NCBI RefSeq assembly: GCF_018977255.1
Contig: NW_024704749.1
Location: forward strand, 24,242,001 to 24,306,000
DNA: 64,000 nt
Source of the DNA: Callorhinchus milii
Taxonomy: Eukaryota
Reading direction: 5' to 3'
Below are positions 13,139 to 26,434 of the stretch, one piece after another. The stretch's first letter is position 1; every line of letters begins with the position of its first letter. The position numbers were made by a program, and so were the translations under genes. The notes under the pieces were generated by a model, which saw nothing but the letters and a program-made list of their open reading frames with translations, ran no database searches and was not told the DNA's origin.

Positions 13139-13467
13139 ATAATAATAATAATAATAATCCTTGCATTTGATATAGCGCTTTTCACGTCGGGAGGACGTCC
13201 CAAAGCGCTTCACAGAACACACTGTAAAGTGAATTGACTGTATATTTGTGGGCGAACGCGGCAGCCAATTGCGCACAGCAATGTCCCACAAACAGTCGTA
13301 GATTGAAAATGACCAATTTATTATTGTTTTTTGTTTTTTTGGAGGGATTATTATTAGGCTCTGTGTGGAGTAAGGAAACTTGCCCAAGGTTTCGCCCTCT
13401 GCCTGGAATTGAACTCAGGTCTCTCGCTTGCAAAGCGAGTGCTCTAACCACTGAGCTACAGGACTCC
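13139..13467 (-). mobile_element. Full-length young tRNA(Ala)-headed SINE with L2-type tail and (ATT)n end
   Basis: Minus strand: A box TAGCTCAGTGG, TGC anticodon-like loop, B box GAGTTCAATTCC; near-identical to 53780-54047. Confidence 0.9.
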
Positions 13468-14373
13468 AAATGCCATGAACTTATTGAAAAATGGTTTTGC
13501 CCTCTGGGCTAATCTAGGTAGTGAAAGCTCAGCCTTCTGAATGTGTGTGTGGTTGACAGAGCAATCTTATAGAGTTTGGAATTGTGTGTGTGTGGGTTGG
13601 GTGTGTTTGACAATCTGCCAACCCCACTGCTACAGACTGGCAAGAGGTGGCAGAGGACATCCCTGTTTGGAGTTGGGCAGAAGACAGTTATTCACATACC
13701 CTATTGTGATGGATAATCGAGATTCTGCTGTGGAGAAATCGGCTTTAGTTACTCTGAGTGAGGGAATCTTTAGCATTGTGCTGGATGAGCGCGACTGATG
13801 GGTTCTGCATTCAGATTCCACGTACCCAAAGGAAAAAAAAATGACAAAACCCCACAGAGAGCCGTCAGATCCAGGAGACTTGTCCTTAGCCACTGATGTC
13901 ATTGCTTGAGTTAACTCTACATTGCAGAAAAGCTGCTCAAGACACTTTGTTCAATTTTTGGATAATTACTGGTACGTAAATCCTCACTTAGTTTACATTT
14001 ATACCTCAGAGATTTATATTTATTAGCGCCTTTCATATTGGGAAGACATCTCAAGATGCTTTACACAGCTTATTAATGCAACATAGGAGCATTTATTTTT
14101 GTCAGCCAAGTGATTGACAAACGTGGAAACCATCACCTTGCTTAAGATAAATAAGGTTAGCAAGATCCAAGGCTTGTGGGCCCCAGAGTGTGCATTTGGG
14201 TACTGCTGGTGACTAACCAGCTAAAACCGCATAGGTTGCCATCGAGGGTACCGTCCAGCAAGCTTTCCTGCTGCTTGTCCAGCTAGGACTACCCTACCCG
14301 TTAGGGCTTTGGCTTGCAGGGTTAACAGTAGTTGAGTGGGAGGATTCCCTGCCCCAGTAACTGATCTGCCATA

Positions 14374-15540
14374 AAACAACTTGCATTTATATAGCGCAGC
14401 AGAGCCCGATGCCGAGTCAGGGGAGGGGGAAGGTGACCATAGGCACAGTCGAAGAGGAAGATCTTCGAGTGCAACCTGAAAATGGGGAGAGAAGGGACAA
14501 GGCGAAAGTATTGAGAGAGAGAGTTCCGCAGCTTTCGGGCGTAGCATGGCTTCCAATGGTGGGGCGGAGGGTACAGGGGACGAGGAGGTCGGAGCAAGAT
14601 GAGTGGAGGCAGTGAAGGGGTGGTATAGGGAGAGAGCAGGTTGGAGAGATTGGGGGGGGGTGCCAGGGAGTGATGGGATTTATATACAAGTGTGAGGATC
14701 TTGAAGTCAATCCGCTCTGTGACAAGAAGTCAATGGAGTTTGACAAGGACTGGGGTAATGGAGGTACGGAGTTTAGTGCGAGTGAGAATGTGAGCGGTGG
14801 AGTTTTTAATTAGTTGAATTTTGTGAATAGGGGAGCAGGGGAGACCAGTGAGAAGAGCGTTTGAGTAGTCAAGGCGGGTGTTGATGAAGGTGTGGACGAG
14901 GGTTTCAGCAGCTTTTGGAGGCGGGCAATTTGGCGGAGGTAAAGGAAAGTGGTCCTAACCAGGGACAGTATGTGGGGTACGAAGGTTAGCTGGGATCGAA
15001 TATGGCCCTAAGTTGCTCACAGGTTCGGTGAGTCTTAGGGAGAGATCTGGTTGGTGAGGAGGTCTTCCGTCTTGTCAGCGTTCAGCTACAGGAAGTTTGC
15101 GCTCATCCAGCCCTTGACGTCTGTCAGACAAGGTGACAGAACATCCTCGGACTGGGAGTCGTAGCTGGAGAAGTAGAATTCGGTGTTGTATGCATACATG
15201 TGGAAGTTGACCCCGTGTCTGCGGATGACATCGCTGAGAGGGAGCAGGGGGGTGGGGAAAAGAAGGAGGGCAAGGGGTACCCCGCAGGTGACCGGGCGGG
15301 GGCAAGATGAAAAACCATTGGCCGAGATGAAATAGAGGCGGTTGATTAAGTTGGACTCAAACCATGTGAGTGCGGTCCCACTAAAGTGGATGAGGGAGGA
15401 GAGGTGATGGAGGAGGCTGACGTGGTCGACTGTGTCGAACTCAGTGGAGAGGTCCAGGAGGACGAGGAGACCCAATGAGTCCTGGTCACAGAGAGAGAGG
15501 ATGTCATTTGTTACTTTGACGAGCGCTGTCTGGTTTGGAT
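14374..15540 (-). mobile_element. L2 LINE 3' portion (RT to 3' end), decayed
   Basis: TALVKVTNDIL...LVLLDLSTEFDTVDH...GVP...NFHMYAYN; ends gcgctatataaatgcaagttgtt. Confidence 0.9.
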
Positions 15541-18500
15541 GCACTTAAGCATGTGGCTGACACCCGGCTCACCAAAAGAAATGCACAAGTATTGAGTTGG
15601 ATACTTTTTTGCCAATTTGCTTTAATTCCATTGGGAAGCACCTCGTGAGGGCAGCCTTCTTCACTGGTGTGACTGCCACGATGCCACTTCTCGCATTGGA
15701 CTCCGAATTCAAGGGGAACAATAATACAGCATCTAGCCTCATATTTACTCCTGCAACCTCTGAAACGTCATTAAATCAGTTGCCAGCAGGGATAACTGGA
15801 GTTTTAACTGAAGTGATAGGGGCTTGAAACATTTAAATAGAAGGAGACTGTTCCCTATGGATGATTTAAATGTTAAATACACAGCCGTCTCAGCAATACA
15901 TGGAATGTGATGTGAAAACTATTATCTCCTGTTGAAATCAGCCTTCAATTTACTCACTGCTCAGGAAGGGCAGGTTCTATTCATTCTCACTGCCAGCAGG
16001 TGCCCTATCTTTGCATAATAGGCTTCATATATGTAATTAACACATAAGGGTTGTGGCTGCCAGCTTCCTTTCAGGTGCATGCTGGTAGGAGTTCCAGGGA
16101 CACTGCTGCAAGCCACGAGAGCCTTTGCTTTGGGACCAGAAATTATTGCATTCATTGACTTTCCGACAAAGGCATTCTGGAGAGGGTAAAGCATTAAACC
16201 CTGCTGCTGGCAGCCCAGGTGCGCTTTGGACAAAACAAACACATGGGTTTTGCTCAAAGTAAAGGAAGATGTGCTCACCGTGATTGACCCTTGTGTTTGT
16301 TTACTTTGGGAGGAATAAAGCCAACCACTCCTCGATGTACCTTTAAAGTAACCGTCTGATCACGCGGTGAGAGTTTTATTAAGAACACACCGATTTGAGA
16401 TGAACAAACTGACTGATTGATGTAGTGTGACATGACCCCATTTAGAATTTGTAAGACACAGACTATGTTTGTCTGAATAAATTAATTTAGGAGCAATTTT
16501 ATCACCTGTGTTTTCTAAAAATAAACCACAGCTGCTTTTACATCAACAAAATTCTGCAATTTCTACCAAAAGAGCAGGTTTCCCCCCTAAGCCCATTACA
16601 ACCACTGTTGTTAATTACATTTATTTAATAAGGTAATCTGTTAAAATTGAGAGTGTATTTTTTTGCCACCCATTAATGTGCAGCTAAGAGATTGACCTTT
16701 ACAGAACTGACTTTTACAATCATCTCAGCAAAACCTTCTTTACACAACAGCGAGGCTTTAATTAAGATGCGACTTTGACAGAATTTATTTTGCTTCTAGC
16801 ACGTTCATGTGAAGTGTACAGATTCGAATGGAGCTGAGTTTTATATTGTTAGTAATTGATCGTTGTTATGGCACATTCTTTCATCAAGTATAATTGTGTC
16901 TTTGCTGTGCACAAATACACAGTCACTACACATTACTGAAAACTTTGAAGCTCTCTAAGATGTTTTGAAGTTAATGTTGTTCCTTCTGTGGGTGTAGATA
17001 GATATTTGACTTGTCACCAGTGACTAGCAAAGTTCAGTGGTTGGTTTGACTTGACTTAACCTAATACTGCCCTAACTTGCTTTGATGTCATCCAAGCTTA
17101 ATGTTGCAAAAACAAACCCAGTCAGTGCACTCTGAACGTAGGTTTGGATCATACAGCATACAGAGAAGCTTTCCTGGACTGTTGTTTGAAAAGGAAGAGA
17201 GGGTAACCCTGTCCTGTGAGTTCAAAAGGGAAGTGTCTGTAAGAGACATTTATATATTTTAATACATCTGATAGTTGTTGTCCAGGGTGCAGTTGTAGAC
17301 TCTGCTGATGGGATCTGAATGGGGAGAGTTGTCCACAGTCAACCGTTGCCCATTAGAACTTCATGACGTGATGTGGAGAACTCTGAGAGAAGCCTAGCGC
17401 TGGTCTGTTCATATTGACCTGTTTCCTGAAGGGCTTCCTCCTGTCATGGTTTGGTTCCCAGCCCCACCCCGATTATGTTGTTGATGGTTTTACCGCAGCC
17501 AGAATAACTGTAAAACTGAAGGTCCAATTATACGTGTGGACAGTTATTTACAGTTTCTAACTATGTAGCTTGTGCTGGTATACAGCGGAGCTCATTACTG
17601 TATTAAGGGCAGTGTATAGACTGCCTCATTTTTTCCCTATTAATGAGTTGTGATTTGGATTGCCCTCAGTTTCAATAAGAGGAAAGTAAGAGAGACTAAA
17701 GAGGTCCCGGAGAGAATTGCTCGCATTATTCAGGTACCCACAAGGTGTATGTCCCCGGGTGTCATAGTGACAGTGAAATCCCAGCTCCTCTGTATTTATT
17801 AAACCTTTATTTAAACTTCCCCAGTTTGTTTGTCATCTGAATGGAGTGTGCCTGACATCTTAGCGAGAAGTTTTGTTTTTATTGCTGAATTTCCAGGGTA
17901 ATTTTGGAGATTGAAAGGAAGATGTGATTGTGGTAATTAAGCTGGAAAACTCTTGAGTTTTCAGTATAAGGTGTGACAGTTTTTGCTCCCCTCTCGCTCT
18001 GTTTCTAGCATGTTAAAAATTGCCAAGTTTTCTCAGATGAAGCTACCTTCCTGTTCCTCTGCAGTTCAATGACCAGAGTTCCACAGACAAGCCGTTCACA
18101 GTCTCGAGACTTCCTGCAGTGGTCAGGGCCTTGCACTTCTGACATTGAGCTGTCATTTTCCTGAATCTGCTTAATTAAAAACATGTTCGTTTGATGTTAG
18201 CTGGAAAGGATTTAGACTGTAAGAGCATTTTCCTCAATTATGTGTGAATATTCCTGTGGATAGCAGCTCAAACACATATATGAACTCTTATAACACACAA
18301 AAAGTAAACGCACTTCATGTCAAGAAACCATAGGGTGAGACTTTTGTGCTGCTTAATGTTCTCTGCCAGCTTCAAATTAATTATTGCAGATTGTTTTTTT
18401 TGTGTGCACAGCTTTTGAAATGATTTGCTGTTCTTTTTGTGACAGGGATTGAAAGTAAAATTTGTGATAAAATGAGAGTGATACTTCAGATAAATCTGCT

Positions 18501-19756
18501 TTTTACATTTGATTTCATCCAAAATTCATCAACGTTTATAATTTTCCTGGGGAAAAATTGGCATAACAAGAAAGGGCACTTTCCATTTAGTTCTGTAGTC
18601 CATACGCAAAATACGTTGTCTTTTGCAGTACATTTTACTGAAATAAACCAACTTGAACCAACCCAGCTAGAACACTTTAGTTCTCAATACTCTTCTCTGC
18701 TGCTGGTATAAAATCTGTAAAATCTTCATTCGAATCTAAAAAATGCTGCATGAATTAACATCTTTCCTGTATCAGCTATTTAAACGTTAAACGTGTAAAT
18801 GGCTTTAGAATATTTTGTTGGTGAAATACTTTGTGTCCAGAGTAGAAAATATTTTATTGCGTAAAGACAGCTTTGTGACATCGGAATGCAAACAAACTGC
18901 CTGGTTCAGTGTTTTTTTTTAAAAATTCAAAAAAGATATATTTCAGTGCTTAAGAGTTACTATTTAATTAAACTGTTTACACTATTGGGTTATAAATAGC
19001 AGTGTTAAATTAATTAGGGAATTAGTTAAGCACTTAAAGGGTAAAGACTTGAAAGGGAAACAGGATTAATATGTAGATTGGGATGTTCTGTAAATATCCC
19101 AGAGTTTTAAATGGAGTGTTTAATTTTGTGGAAATGATGACTGTTAGAGTTTGTGAAGCAAACTCCGGAGGCTCTCGTACATTGTGGAGCCAGTAAGATC
19201 CTCAGTTGGTTTTGAACTCACTTTTGAACACCCATTTGCAGTGGCACCATGTATTGGGACAACTGTGATTCCCCGAGCTAGCCTAGACCCGCGATTATGT
19301 AGTTGATGATTTCTTGACATATTTATAGTGTTATTTCAACTGATTTATTGATTACAATAGTCATCTGTACTGTTGAATTGGATGATCTATATGAATCATC
19401 ATATTTGGTAAAGCATTTTTGAGTTCAAGTTTGCTTTTATGTGAAAGCCTCTGTATCAGCTTATTGCTGTGATGGCCAGGTGGGTGGGTGTTCAGGAAGA
19501 AGGAGATCAGATGGGCCAAAGGCTCTTCTTCATCCAAACCAATCTTGTGATCTGAATTTCACAGTCCTGCTCTATGTAAGATGGATGTATAATTATTGTT
19601 TCCAGGAACTTTGTCTTTATAGTTCACCTAAAAATACTCCAGTGTCTACTCCCTATAGTGAATCCTATAAGGCACTTTGATATGTCCTCCCCATGTTAAT
19701 GGTTGACATGTTTTTGCATGAAAATAATTGTGATGAATTTTGTTTTCTGTTTGCAG

Positions 19757-19802
19757 TGCCCCAATGCCCTACCTCATAGGAGTACATTCAAGTTTAATGG
19801 AG
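19757..19802 (+). CDS. DENND1A: DENND1A exon: (C)APMPYLIGVHSSLME
   Basis: ttgcAG acceptor, GTACGT donor, 46 nt, phase 2/0; completes the TG|T Cys codon; DENN motif APMPYLIG. Confidence 0.95.
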
Positions 19803-19959
19803 GTACGTCTATTCTCCTTCAACACAGATTACATGCGTTTTCTATATTATTATAAAAGCTTGCGATTAGTTCATTATTTCAAATAATGTTCTTGAAGCCC
19901 AGGTATTGATTTCTTCCAACAAAAGAAAAGAATATTTAAAAAATATTTTTAAAAAATAC

Positions 19960-20132
19960 AGTAATAAATTGGTCACTTCAATCCATGACTGTTTGTGGGA
20001 CCCTGCTTTGCTCAATTGGCTGCTGCGTTTCACCCACAAATATACAGTCAATTCACTTTACAGTATATTCTGTGAAGCGCATTGAGAAGTTTAGAAGACT
20101 TGAACAGCGCTATATCAAATGCAAGGATTATT
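19960..20132 (+). mobile_element. SINE 3' half (same tRNA/L2-tail family)
   Basis: gactgtttgtggga...cagtcaattcactttacag...gcgctatatcaaatgcaaggattatt. Confidence 0.85.
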
Positions 20133-22297
20133 TTCATATTTATAAATCCATTTCGATTTTTTAAGTATGATTTTTTTCCACATCAGAGTAAGTATTTAGG
20201 TGCTCAGAGAGTTCTGACTGGGACAGTGCTCGGCTGGATTGCTTATGCAGCCTGCATATTGGTTTGAGTAGAAACTCTCTGCGGTTCATTAAAACCTACT
20301 GAATCACTGCAGTGAATGCCTGTTATTGTTCTGCAGTTTCCAAATTTGGATTTACTTCAGGTGGGAAAGAACTGTATTGTGGAGTCTCTATTAAGCTCTC
20401 TTTTTTTCCACTTGTTTATGAAAGCAAAATAATTCTGCACATCTTACCAGTATCATTTTAGCCAAAGTACCATACTCTGTTCTGCACTCCCCTCATGTGC
20501 TCTTGTGCCTTTGTCATTCTAAGATCATAAGATTAGCAATCAGGGTCTTCCCAAACCTTCATTAATGCATCTAGAATCGACTAAAACGCTGTTCAAAGCC
20601 ACATTGTGGGCCAAACTTTAAAGAGATGAGTTGAGTACCCTTCATATCCTCTTGAAAATATATTTTTGTAGATCTAAGAGCATGCAATTTAGCTCCGGGC
20701 AATGTTTTTCTTTGCTTATATTACAAACTGGAAAGAGCTATTTAATCAGCCAGTTTCTGCGAAGCAAAATATTACTAAGACGTGCTTTGTTTGGATAAGT
20801 CTGCTGCATCACTTTATTGTGGAGCCCTGTTCATCTTTTAATGGTCAGAACTAATAATTTTGTCCATAGAAGGCAGACTTGTTTTCTCTATATGATTTGA
20901 AGAGAAGAAATATTGCATGTAAATAAGTAAGTTTTTAGCTACTGTACATCATCCAGAAGGCAGATAACCATCTTTATGGAACCATAGACGATAACAGCGC
21001 AGCTCATTGTGTCTGTGCTGGCTCTTTTAAAGAGCAGTCCATTCAGTTCCATTAACCTGCTCTTACCTCTGTTGTTTATTTCCACACCTGGAGGTGGAGG
21101 TGTGTAATGCAGGTTACAGTGACCAGCTCTTCTTGGGACGTCCGTCCGATGTGAAAGGTGCTGTGTAAATGTAGTTTTGTGCTTTGCAGACATGACAGTA
21201 AAATAGCTTTCTAATGGGATGTTGCTAGGCGCAAAATTGGCTTCAAAGGTGGCCCACAAATACACGGTCACTACACTTCACTGTTGGGGACCTTTACCTT
21301 GCTAATATCAAAGTTCTGAAGGTTCCATCAGTGTTGTGTTGGGGGGGAGGGTTGTGTTGGGGGGGCGTCTCCACTGGCTCCTGCTGCAGCCTGTCATCTC
21401 AGGGCCGGTGTTGGGTTTGGCTGTGATGCCTTGCCTTCCCTGGGATTAGAAGGGGAAACTACGACAGGGACATTGCTTGGATATCCGTAAAGCCAATCGA
21501 GTTGGTTTCTGATCTTTGTCCTTCAGCTTGCTGTAGCTGTTTATGATCATGATGGTGAAACGCTGACCACGTGACGAATGAACAGAACTAAAGCAACAGG
21601 AGCCTCGATGCCTCCCAGAGCAGACTTTCACGTTCATCTATACTTTTGGAACTTTTTGTGGTTGCTAATATTCCCAATTGGCCACTTGGTTTATGTGCAG
21701 TAGCGGCTGTGTTACATGCACCATATATACTGTATAGCCCTTAATCGTTTCACCTTAGTCTAGTGATGATGCTTCTGGGTACGCAAAAAATCAGCAGGAA
21801 ATGTTCAATTTAAAAATAAGCGACAGAAAATGCCCCTTCACTGGGCCATCAAAGGGGAACTTGTTGGAGGTCTGTCAAGTCAGTGGAGTTAGTTTCAGAT
21901 CTTTACCAGTCAGTTTCTTGCAGCTGTTTATGATAATATCCCCCTCAAATCACCTGCTTAGGATCAGGGCTGCCGAGAGCTCTCGGTAACAATTGGGTAA
22001 GAAAGTGGACGATGCACAGGAGGGGGTGGGGCCCACATGCTGGGCCAGGATCAAACGGTTTAAAGGTCAGAGGACATGTCTCGCTTAACCATATCTCTCT
22101 GTGGAATAGCTGCTTCAGATTGTAAATCTGAGGGAGATTTCATTAAATCCTTCTGTCTGCTCCTGGGGCACGAAATCATAAAAGTTTATATCATTAGCTT
22201 GTTCCTGCTTCTGGTAGCCAGATTGACACATCGGTCGGTGTCTGAGCAAAACATGATCCGGTCTTGCAGGAAAGAAACTACACAAATCGCTTGAAAC

Positions 22298-22475
22298 ATA
22301 ATAATAATCCTTGCATTTGATATAGCGCCTTATCACGTCTTTGAGACGTCTCAAAGCGCTTCACAGAATATACTGTAAAGTGAATTGACTGTAGTTTGTG
22401 GGCGAAACGTGGCAGTCAATTGCGCACAGACAGTGTCCCACAAACAGTCATGGATTGAATGACCAAATTATTCTT
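22298..22475 (-). mobile_element. SINE 3' half
   Basis: (AAT)n tccttgcatttgatatagcgcc...cccacaaacagtc. Confidence 0.85.
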
Positions 22476-23591
22476 ATTATTTAACATTCAGTGGCAACAG
22501 TCATTGAAACAGAAGGTTAGAAACTCCAGAAGTTGGAAAAACCACCCCAAAAAAAGTAATTTTGAATGATCTGTTTTGTTGACTTTGAGGAGTGAAATTG
22601 TGTCTGAAATGTTCTTTTCCTTTAGGTTTTTGTTTGTGAAGCTTCCAAGTCTTCTCTGACTTCAAAGGTCTAAAGGATATGTTAGTCTGTATTTGTCTTG
22701 AAACGTGGACAGCCACCCCAGCAAGGGACAGCCGGTAGCAGTGCAGTGCAGTCCAATCTTAAGGAGGGATTTATAAAGACATACCATCAAGACAAATAGT
22801 CCTAACTGCTTTCCACTTAATAGCCTGGCGAATAAGGCCCCCTGTAGTTTGTTTGAAAAGTTAATGCATTTTAACTGCTGGTGTCATTTTGAAAATTCAA
22901 AGCGCTGTTGGCTCGGGGAGTGCAGCCCTTCCTGATTAAGCCTGTGAGTCTCAGTAAGCCACATTTATCAATGTAATAAACAATGTGTTCAGCAGTAGCC
23001 TGGCTGCAAATCTGGATCTCTGATCACACGCTCCATGTTAGATACACAGCTCACGCACGTGTGATTCACAGGAGCAAACCACAGCTCTGTCTGTTTTCCA
23101 GTTACAGTAGTGTTAAGCTCTGCTATCTACTGCCTTAACTTCTGGAACTGGCAGTTCTCAATAGAAATGTCCACAGAGTAACATGAAAGCAATAATGTCA
23201 GTGACTTTCCACTACAAACATTTCTGAATGGCAGAAGTTAAGGGTTACGGTTTGTGACCATGTTTCCGGCAAATGACATGTTTGCTATCAGGATGATGCA
23301 TGTTAATACTCTGGATTCCTGAACAGGACCTAATTAATGTTCTTCTAAGCTAACTTGGTACCTTATTCACATTGCTCATTTTTATGTTAATGGTCTCTTA
23401 AATCTTTGGCTGGTATCAATAAACCATCTGAAGAACGGTGTTGTCTTACTGCAAGTCTTACTGTTTCAAGGTAAACGTACAAGGAAACTTATAGGGATTC
23501 AAGTATTGTTTGTTTTAGTCATATTGTGGGCTTCTAAATGTCATTAATATTAATACTAACAGAAATTGCTCTTGTCCTTTTTGTGCAACAG

Positions 23592-23693
23592 AAAGTCCGG
23601 AATATGGCCTTAGAAGATGTGGTGATACTAAACGTTGACAATAATACATTGGAAACACCGTTTGATGATCTTCAAAGCCTTCCTAATGATGTG
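23592..23693 (+). CDS. DENND1A: DENND1A exon: [34 protein letters not shown]
   Basis: caacAG acceptor, GTTAGT donor, 102 nt, phase 0/0. Confidence 0.96.
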
Positions 23694-25230
23694 GTTAGTG
23701 TTACACAGCTCTCATATCGTCACACTTTTATTACTTGAATCAAAATTCATTACAGCAATTTGATTTGAAGCCTCTTTTCCGTTATTGCTGAGTTTTACAG
23801 CTTTGTCACAACGTAGCTCGAGCTCAAAAAGTGCTTTTGTGTTGCTAAAATAAGGGGCAGGATTGCAGGAAAACAAAGTGTAACTGCTTCCAACGCTCTC
23901 TGCCAACCTCTTCAGGTCCAATCTGAGTGCGTCTGTCTTACTGGAGTAGGCATGATTGTGCAGATTCTCCTTCATTTAAAGTCCATTAATACCATTGTTC
24001 TGATCAAATGCATTCATTCTGTTATTATTTGCTCTAGCCATCACCTTTGCTGTACCTGCACACTGTTTTTTCTCTCTCTCCCACTTCTTTCCTCCCAGTT
24101 CTTTGACATTTGTAAACAATGAAGTGGTATTGCGAGCTGAATGCTTTTTGCTTGGCAAGAAAGAGATGCAACCAATTTGCCTTGTACCACGTCTGCGCCA
24201 CCTGCCATTGGAGTATTTTTAATTAATAGATCAAAGGGAAGGGACTGAGGTGGTAAAGTGTGTCGGGCCGCGAAAAGACAGTGGCGTACTTTGATCTAAA
24301 CAAAGTTATGTTATAAAGAAAAAAAATCTTTCTCCCAGTGCTTTGTGATCGATGTCCCCGTGCATTTTACGTGTTTAATGTTATGATTTTTAAGTTGGGT
24401 GAAGGCTGCAATAGTTTTATTGTATTGTCTAAAGAAAATGTCCCTTTTGATGTAGAATGCTGCTTTTAAAATTACAGCAGATAAATGAGTGGGTACACAC
24501 AGCCCGGCTCTGTTGTGTTTTGTTAAAAGGTGACATTGCTCCCATCATTGCTGTATGTGGCATCTAAATGTTCGACATATTTTGCCGCATGCCGGGTCTT
24601 TATTTTACCAATCTGCTTACCATCTGTTTGAAGTATTATCCTGCTTTTGCAAGCGAGCAAGTGCCCGTGATGCCGACAGCATTTTTGGGTTTGTTGCGAT
24701 AAAAGCAATTTGACATTAACAGACATGAAAGTACATATTGCTCACAAACATTCTCCCCACGGGCCTGATTGTGCACTCATTGCATTCTACAATTTGGCAC
24801 AGCGATTGGGAAATTTTAATTACACAGTAACAACTGTTCTGTTTCAATAGGAACAGCTTAACCCTTTCAGCGACCCATGTTCTTCACACTGTGACCAGCT
24901 CATGGGATTAGCCAGCATGGGGTGAAACATTGCTCTTGTCACAGAGTGTAGTGACATTGATGATGTGCATTAACAGGCGCCCGATACGGTTTGTGCACAT
25001 CATCAATGACGCTACACTTTGCCACATCAGGAAGTCGTCACCAGAGCTTTCCATAGATTACAGCTGCCAGGAAAAATGATCGATCGTTGTCTGATACGGA
25101 TTTAGAAAATTATTCCCAATCACTTCATTGCTAAAAACTAGTAACGAGTAACTGTGCGTGGGAATTTTGCCAGCGCTCTCAGTGCAGAGAGATTCGTTCG
25201 GACTAGTAAAAATAAAGTCACGTTAGACAG

Positions 25231-25328
25231 AATAATAATAATCCTTGCATCTGATATAGTGCCTTATCAGGTCTTCGAGACGTCTCAAAGCGCTTCACAA
25301 AATATACTGTAAAGTGAATTGACTGTAG
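25231..25328 (-). mobile_element. SINE 3' tail fragment abutting CR1
   Basis: aataataataatccttgcatctgatatag...aagtgaattgactgta. Confidence 0.8.
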
Positions 25329-25336
25329 AAGGTTAT

Positions 25337-25825
25337 TCATAGAGTCATAAGATTTTACAGCACAGAAGGAGGCCATTCTGCCCATTCGTGTCGGTGACGG
25401 CTCTTTGAAAAGAGCTTCCAATTCAATCCCACTCCCCCACTCTCTCCCCATAGCCCTGATCAACCCCACTCCCCCCGCTCTCTCCCCATAGCCCTGCAAA
25501 CTTGTCCTCCCCAAATAATTATCTACTTCTCTCTTAAAAGTTGTTATCGAATCGACTTCCACCAACCTTTCAGGCAATGCATTCCAGATCCCAACAACTT
25601 GCTGTGTGAAAAAATTCTCCTCACCTCCCCTCTGTTTCTTTTAACAACTACTTTAAATCAGTATCCTCGGGTTACCGACCCACCCGCCAGAGGAAATAGT
25701 TTCTCCTTGTTCACCTGATCGAATCCCCTCATCATTTTGAAAACTTTTATTAAGTCTCCTCTTAACCTTCTCTGCTCCAAGGAGAATAATCCAGCTTCTC
25801 TAGCCTCCTGATAACTGAAGTCCCT
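25337..25825 (-). mobile_element. CR1 LINE 3' end
   Basis: W..LPERLVEVDSITTFKREVDNYL ORF2 terminus, G-rich 3'UTR and ATTCTRTG-like terminal repeat. Confidence 0.88.
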
Positions 25826-26434
25826 ATTGTGGATGACCTGTTAAAACCTGGGGTGTGCGGATAGCTGTGCTGGGGTGAGTTACCGTGAGCTGAGATACCC
25901 AGGGATTCACACTTGGCTCCTCAGACGGTGATCCCCACCAGCACCGAGTTCATAGGAGATGACTGGACTCTGCACACTCTTCAGCTTTCAAACAATAACA
26001 TCCTGCAAATTTAAATGGATTGCTTTTAGTAATGAGCTCCCAAGATTTTATTTATCCTTTATTGATGATTGGCTTTTCTGCTGTTTGAAATGTGCTTGTG
26101 TCATATTACACACAGAGCGGTGCAGCAGTCAGGGTCCTGTTGGAGCAGTCATTTTTTTATTTTCTAATTATGTATTAAAATTACATCTAATCTTGTTTAT
26201 ACTTGTAGTGGCACACAGATGGTAGCTTTCACTAATTACACGGGAGATGGTGATGCCCAAAGCAAAATATTATCTAACACTATCAAGCAGCTCTTTGTCC
26301 ACAGTTAAACATCATATGCGCTGGTGTAAGTGCTATATAATTGTACCGAGTATACTAGATCTAGGGTGAATTAGTATTAGACTCTCAATTCACTTTCACT
26401 TTCTAACACTGATATTATGTTATAACTATATTAA

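Noticed and set aside
13395-13467. tRNA-Ala(TGC) gene
   Set aside because: A/B boxes are present but the acceptor stem is not closed, and the sequence continues into a multi-copy SINE body and tail.
24957-25094. C/D snoRNA using TGATGA and a downstream CTGA
   Set aside because: The C-box-like motif is buried in the long hairpin stem and there is no terminal stem.
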